DNA of 32,000 nt from Candidatus Saganbacteria bacterium (GTDB lineage Bacteria; Margulisbacteria; WOR-1; JAKLHX01), in the NCBI GenBank assembly GCA_026387835.1, contig JAPLKZ010000010.1:331716-363715 (forward strand). The letters are read 5' to 3'. A program made the position numbers and the translations under genes. The notes under the pieces were generated by a model that saw nothing but the letters and a program-made list of their open reading frames with translations, made no database searches and had not been told where the DNA came from. Positions 30,123 to 32,000 of this stretch are shown here, piece by piece. The first letter of the stretch is position 1, and every line of letters starts with the position of its first letter.

Positions 30123-31490
30123 TTACTGACAAAGAGACTTGACCAGCTGAGTTATAGTATTTACCGCACCCGCGATATCCTTGTCGTCTTTAATACAGGC
30201 GCGTATTTTTTCTATCGCATGCATGACCGTAGTATGGTCCCTTCCGCCGAAAGAACTGCCGATCTTGGGAAGAGAAGCGCTGGTGAGCTCCCTTGACAGG
30301 AACATGGCTATCTGACGTGCGGTAGCGATCTCCCTTGTGCGGGTTTTTGCGGACATATCGTCGATCTTCAGGCTATAATAGTCCGCCGTAGCTTTTTTGA
30401 TCATTTCTATGGTTACCGGCGGCTTGCTTTTCGCAGGAGAAAAGATGTCTTTCAGAAACTCTTCCGCGTTCGAAGAAGTGATGTCCCGGCTTTCTATGGC
30501 GCTATGCGCGATCAGCCTGATAAGCGCCCCCTCGAGCTCCCTGATATTAGCCGTTATTTTTGTCGCGATAAGCGTAAGGACATCATCCGGCACGGAGATC
30601 TCTTCCAATTCGGCCTTTTTCTTCAGGATCGCAACGCGCGTCTCAAAATCAGGCTGCTGAATATCGGCGATCAGCCCCCACTCAAACCGGTTCCTTAACC
30701 TTTCCTCTACGTCTTCGATCTCCTTTGGAGGCCGGTCGTTGCTGATAATTATCTGTTTATTGGCTTCATAAAGTGCGTTGAATGTGTGAAAGAATTCCTC
30801 CTGGGTCCGTTCTTTTCCTTTTATGAACTGAATGTCATCAATCATAAGCACGTCCACGCCGCGGTATTTGTTACGAAAAGCATTCATCCTGTCGTACCTG
30901 ATGGAATCTATGACCTCGTTTGTGAATTTTTCGGATGTAAGATAGGCGACCTTGGCCTTGGGATTGGTCTTTAGTATATGAAAACCTACGGCCTGCATCA
31001 AATGGGTCTTTCCCAGCCCTACCCCGCCGTATAAGAACAAAGGATTATATGCTTTGCCGGGCGACTCGGAAACGGCAAGTGTCGCCGCATGGGCAAACCT
31101 GTTGCCGTGGCCGACAACAAAATTGTCGAAAGTATACCTCGGATTAAGGAAAGGCGCGGTGATGACCGCGGACTTTAAAGATGCCGGGTTTTTTTCTTTC
31201 TCGTCGTCCATGTCCGAAAGATCATCTCTGGGTATGACCACAAATTTGATCGCCCTTACATTGCCGCCCCCGGATTCATTTATCGACAGCAGGATCGAAG
31301 AATCGCATTTTTTTTCGATCAGCCAGTCCTGAGAAAAGACATTAGGGACGGCAAGAAGAAGGATCCCGTCTTCTATGGCGATAGGCCTTGTAGATGAGAT
31401 AATGGTTTCGTAGATGGGCTTACTTAATCGCTTGATCAAAGCAGCCGACGCCCTTGACCAGAGATCTTTCAAAGCCGTTTCAGTAGTCAT
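30123..31490 (-). CDS. dnaA: Chromosomal replication initiator protein DnaA
   Basis: FVVGHGNRFAHAAT, NPLFLYGGVGLGKTHLMQAVG, DVLMIDDIQFIKGKE, RFEWGLIADIQQPD, signature GRDHTTVMHAIEKI. Confidence 0.97.
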   Translation of the reverse strand: MTTETALKDLWSRASAALIKRLSKPIYETIISSTRPIAIEDGILLLAVPNVFSQDWLIEKKCDSSILLSINESGGGNVRAIKFVVIPRDDLSDMDDEKEKNPASLKSAVITAPFLNPRYTFDNFVVGHGNRFAHAATLAVSESPGKAYNPLFLYGGVGLGKTHLMQAVGFHILKTNPKAKVAYLTSEKFTNEVIDSIRYDRMNAFRNKYRGVDVLMIDDIQFIKGKERTQEEFFHTFNALYEANKQIIISNDRPPKEIEDVEERLRNRFEWGLIADIQQPDFETRVAILKKKAELEEISVPDDVLTLIATKITANIRELEGALIRLIAHSAIESRDITSSNAEEFLKDIFSPAKSKPPVTIEMIKKATADYYSLKIDDMSAKTRTREIATARQIAMFLSRELTSASLPKIGSSFGGRDHTTVMHAIEKIRACIKDDKDIAGAVNTITQLVKSLCQ

Positions 31491-31724
31491 AATTTATTAC
31501 AAATTATCCACAGACAGCATCTCATTAATAATCATTTAATGCTACCTCTTTGATATAAAACATCATCAAATTTACCCTTTAATATGAACAAAAACCAAAG
31601 TTATCAACAACCATATCCACAGGCAGCAAAAAGTTGTGGAAAACCAGAAAACGACTAGCATTAATATTTACTGAAACAATCATATTCTTTCAAAGATATT
31701 ATAACACACAAAACCGCCGTTTGC
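31491..31724. other. Putative chromosomal replication origin (oriC)
   Basis: Intergenic AT-rich DNA between divergent dnaA and rpmH with TTATCCACA (31504-31512), TTATCAACA (31601-31609), ATATCCACA (31613-31621) and minus-strand TTTTCCACA (31635-31643). Confidence 0.8.
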
Positions 31725-31753
31725 TTGACATAAAACAGATGAATATGTATAAT
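31725..31753 (+). promoter_or_regulatory. Exact-consensus sigma70-type promoter for rpmH
   Basis: TTGACA (31725-31730), 17 nt spacer, TATAAT (31748-31753). Confidence 0.85.
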
Positions 31754-31769
31754 AAAAACACAGGGGAAT

Positions 31770-31907
31770 ATGGTAAAAAGAACTTTTAAACCGAGCAACA
31801 TCCACAGAAAAAGAGTGCACGGATTCATGTCAAAAAACTCCAGCATGGCCGGAAGAAAGGTCTTGTCAAGAAGGCGCAAAAAGGGAAGAAGCCGGCTTGC
31901 CCCTTGA
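31770..31907 (+). CDS. rpmH: 50S ribosomal protein L34 (45 aa), absent from the supplied ORF track
   Basis: Translation [45 protein letters not shown]; SD-like agggga; classical position opposite dnaA. Confidence 0.96.
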   Translation: MVKRTFKPSNIHRKRVHGFMSKNSSMAGRKVLSRRRKKGRSRLAP

Positions 31908-32000
31908 AAAATGATCGTTCACGCTCAAAAGCATCCCCGGGCATGAATACAAAAGACAGAAAGTTCTTCGGAGACATTGCGACCGTTAAACTGCTGAACC

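Overview
This window is origin-proximal, mostly housekeeping chromosome from a bacterium with anaerobe-type gene content. I could not assign a taxon from sequence alone. Left to right it holds: (1) the 3' end of a group-3-type cytosolic [NiFe] hydrogenase locus (partial small subunit, large subunit, maturation protease, ferredoxin). (2) A vitamin B12-linked ribonucleotide reductase locus: short class II nrdJ, nrdR, long class II nrdJ with TSCPD and zinc-ribbon tail, then an overlapping cob(I)alamin adenosyltransferase. (3) A standalone SUMF1/FGE-like protein. (4) A minus-strand sulfur/methionine operon: rrf2, a candidate 16-aa ORF with hairpin, metY, cysK, metX, metW, thiS-like, thiF-like, NapH-like Fe-S membrane protein. 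(5) A 1-nt-frameshifted DUF296/PPC gene divergent from nth, an unassigned beta-rich protein, and gpmI. (6) An iscR-like, iscS/nifS, iscU/nifU, mnmA, nadA operon with a palindrome resembling the enterobacterial IscR type 1 site. (7) A VanZ-like protein and a frameshifted GerMN-domain gene. (8) The origin block gyrA, gyrB, dciA (DUF721), dnaN, dnaA (minus strand), a DnaA-box-rich putative oriC, and an rpmH gene (+) missed by the ORF track. I found no CRISPR array, prophage, transposase or defence system. The most interesting leads are the ThiS/ThiF pair inside the methionine operon (possible protein-thiocarboxylate sulfur transfer), the IscR-type operator between two apparently leaderless divergent genes, and the nrdJ/nrdR/nrdJ/cobO arrangement.
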